Below are positions 61,726-64,000 of a stretch of DNA of 64,000 bases, in pieces. The stretch is from NCBI RefSeq assembly GCF_001194135.2, contig NC_068984.1, positions 65,562,411-65,626,410 of the forward strand, written 5' to 3'. Position 1 is the stretch's first letter, and the number at the start of each line of letters is the position of its first letter. The translations under genes and the position numbers were made by a program. This DNA is from Octopus bimaculoides (Eukaryota). Under the pieces are notes generated by a model. That model had not been told where the DNA came from and searched no databases. It was given only the letters and a program-made list of their open reading frames with translations.

Positions 61726-62829
61726 ACATATATATGTGTGTGTATTGCACACTAACAAATACACACACTCACACACACACACACACAAATAGACACACGT
61801 TCTCATGTGTACAAACATATATTAATGTATATATTAATAACACGTCAGCAATTATTTTGTAGTAAAATTCTGAAAGCTAATATAATTACTTCTCAGCAGA
61901 GCTGTATGTTTCCTCAGACAAAATTATAAGGAATATTAACAAACCAAATATAACACAATTTATTAATAATATATATTTTTCATTAATTACATTGCGTCAA
62001 GAATTTGCTTTATATTATTCAATATTATCTTAACAAACAAGTTTACTAAGTTAATATCAATTTGTATTTAAGTTTTCATAGGTAATTTTGACTGAAACAC
62101 TTACTTATAGTAAGTCAAGAAAAATTGTATTAAATTTCTACTACCAATCATTTTTCCGACCCTATCACGTGATTATTTTTATCAATGCTTTGTATTTATC
62201 TAATTTTCTCTTTATATTTAATATAAATGGTAATGATAGAGATTTAATTCCATGAAACAGGATTATGTGGTCTTGGAAACAACTAAAATGATGACAGGAA
62301 AAATATATGATATTTTTCTAATATCTAAGACTGAAGTTTCTAATAATAATATAAAGAAAAAGAAACAAATAAAGACTTAAGTATTATAACTTGAAAAAAT
62401 ATATTTGGATGACGTCCATCAAAGAAGTTTATATGAATGATATATGAAAATGAAATATTGTAATGCATGTCTGACACACTACTTTAAAATGCACACATGA
62501 GGTACAGAAGAAATAAGTTATTTAGAGTTTGTTTGATGCATACACATCAAAAACTAATATATATATAAAAAAAAATTCCATATTATATATTCTTTTTCAA
62601 AACAAAAGCATCTAGACCAATAAAAATTGAGTGACAAACATATATTGGAAAAAACTAGAGAAAGAAAAAAACCTGAAATATTAGAAGTCTATTTGATTAA
62701 ATATGTATGAGTACTTCTGATTAACACACCAGATGCATGCAAAGTGGTGAAAAGATAAATTATAGATGCAATGTTTTATACTGCAGTATTTATTAGTGTG
62801 TGTGCATACACACACGTGTATATATACCC

Positions 62830-62831
62830 AT

Positions 62832-62862
<31 letters not shown>

Positions 62863-62978
62863 GACAGATAGACAGACAGATATATGCACACACATATACA
62901 CACAAGTAACTCTCAATATATATTTGTATTTATTTATTTTATGTCTGTGTGTGTATATATATTCTTATATATATTCAC

Positions 62979-63029
<51 letters not shown>

Positions 63030-63127
63030 AAACACATACATACTTATTATATATATATATAAACATACATGCACACACATACACACACACTCACTCACAC
63101 TCACTCATTCACTCACTCACTCACTCA

Positions 63128-63173
<46 letters not shown>
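62830..63173. repeat. Compound (TA)/(CA)/(TCAC) microsatellite block
   Basis: Direct reading. Confidence 0.9.
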
Positions 63174-63175
<2 letters not shown>

Positions 63176-63599
63176 ATTCATCAGGAACAATATTTCTGAT
63201 GAAATGACTTACACATCACATTCAGCTAAATTAATTTAATGACTACAGTTAATTATATTATTATTATATTGTTCACAATGTTTTCACATAGGTCATGAAA
63301 ATAGTTGTTGAAGAGAACAAATGAATTTTTGGGAATATCATTGAGATTGCTTGTCTCTTAGTAGTCCAAATATTCAGCTCAGAACATTAGTTTTAGCCAG
63401 TTTTAAACTTTATGCAGTATCATAATTGCTATTGCTATTGCATTGAAGAAATAACAAATTGGAATTTAATGACATGTTAAAGAACTGAGATCTTTACTTT
63501 TCAGGATATATTTTTTCCCAGTGCATAATAACATATTCCAATCATGTCTATTTGGCAAGGGGACAAACAGAAAGGTAAAGGTTTATCACTATTCTACAA

Positions 63600-63935
63600 T
63601 GTGCTGAACAGAGTCAGGAAGTGTTCTGGATTGCAAGACAGTGTATCCGAGAAAATCGAGATGTTGCAGAAGGGAAGCTTGTACAGATGAATAATGGTGC
63701 ACTTGTAATTTGTTAGTTTGAAAAGAAAGAGATATAGAAGAGCTATGTATGAAAGGCTACTAAATGCGGAAACTGCACCAGAGAAAGAGAGTCACTCCAA
63801 TGTGAACCAGACAGGGGGAGCAACCATTCTAGTGGACAGTTGTATAATGCATAATGCAATTAAGGACATGCAGTAAGGAATAGCCACTAGTCCATTAGGA
63901 ATCAGTGCTGACATGCCTTAATATTTGATGGAGTA
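63600..63935 (+). mobile_element. RTE LINE ORF2 fragment (linker between endonuclease and RT), decayed
   Basis: QEVFWIARQCIRENRDVAEGKLVQMNNG..., then ERLLNAETAPEKESHSNV (in a shifted frame) and AIKDM...ATSPLGISADM, typical of RTE ORF2 upstream of the RT. Confidence 0.7.
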
Positions 63936-64000
63936 GAAAAGTTGTATGTACAAATCCCATAAAATGTACCCAGGCTCAGATAGTTGTGTGTGTGTATATA

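Overview
This is AT-rich, microsatellite-dense animal DNA from a gapped draft assembly (7 N-gaps, almost all bordered by TA or TAA repeats). The SINE, RTE-LINE and Penelope-like repeat repertoire suggests a cephalopod, most likely Octopus; this is an inference from recognising the repeats, not a database result. I can support no intact protein-coding gene, so the window looks like a very long intron or intergenic DNA. It holds decayed transposons: two mariner copies (one near full length), a Tigger/pogo remnant plus a Tigger-like MITE, a TTAA/piggyBac-type MITE, several RTE-type LINE pieces, R4/Dong-like fragments in (TAA)n, and many tRNA-derived SINEs. Three signals stand out. (1) A textbook minus-strand branchpoint, polypyrimidine tract and CAG|GTAAGT site, followed 40 nt later by a second donor, which is the architecture of a recursive splice site with a stop-containing RS-exon (53695-53768). 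(2) Several minimal hammerhead-ribozyme motifs in Penelope-like termini, including a core variant with stems I and II intact. (3) Five long foldback inverted repeats next to microsatellites, which could form dsRNA hairpins. All ORFs over 150 aa in the supplied track are artefacts of gaps, microsatellites or antisense transposon sequence. Repeat boundaries are approximate unless TSDs or TIRs are quoted.
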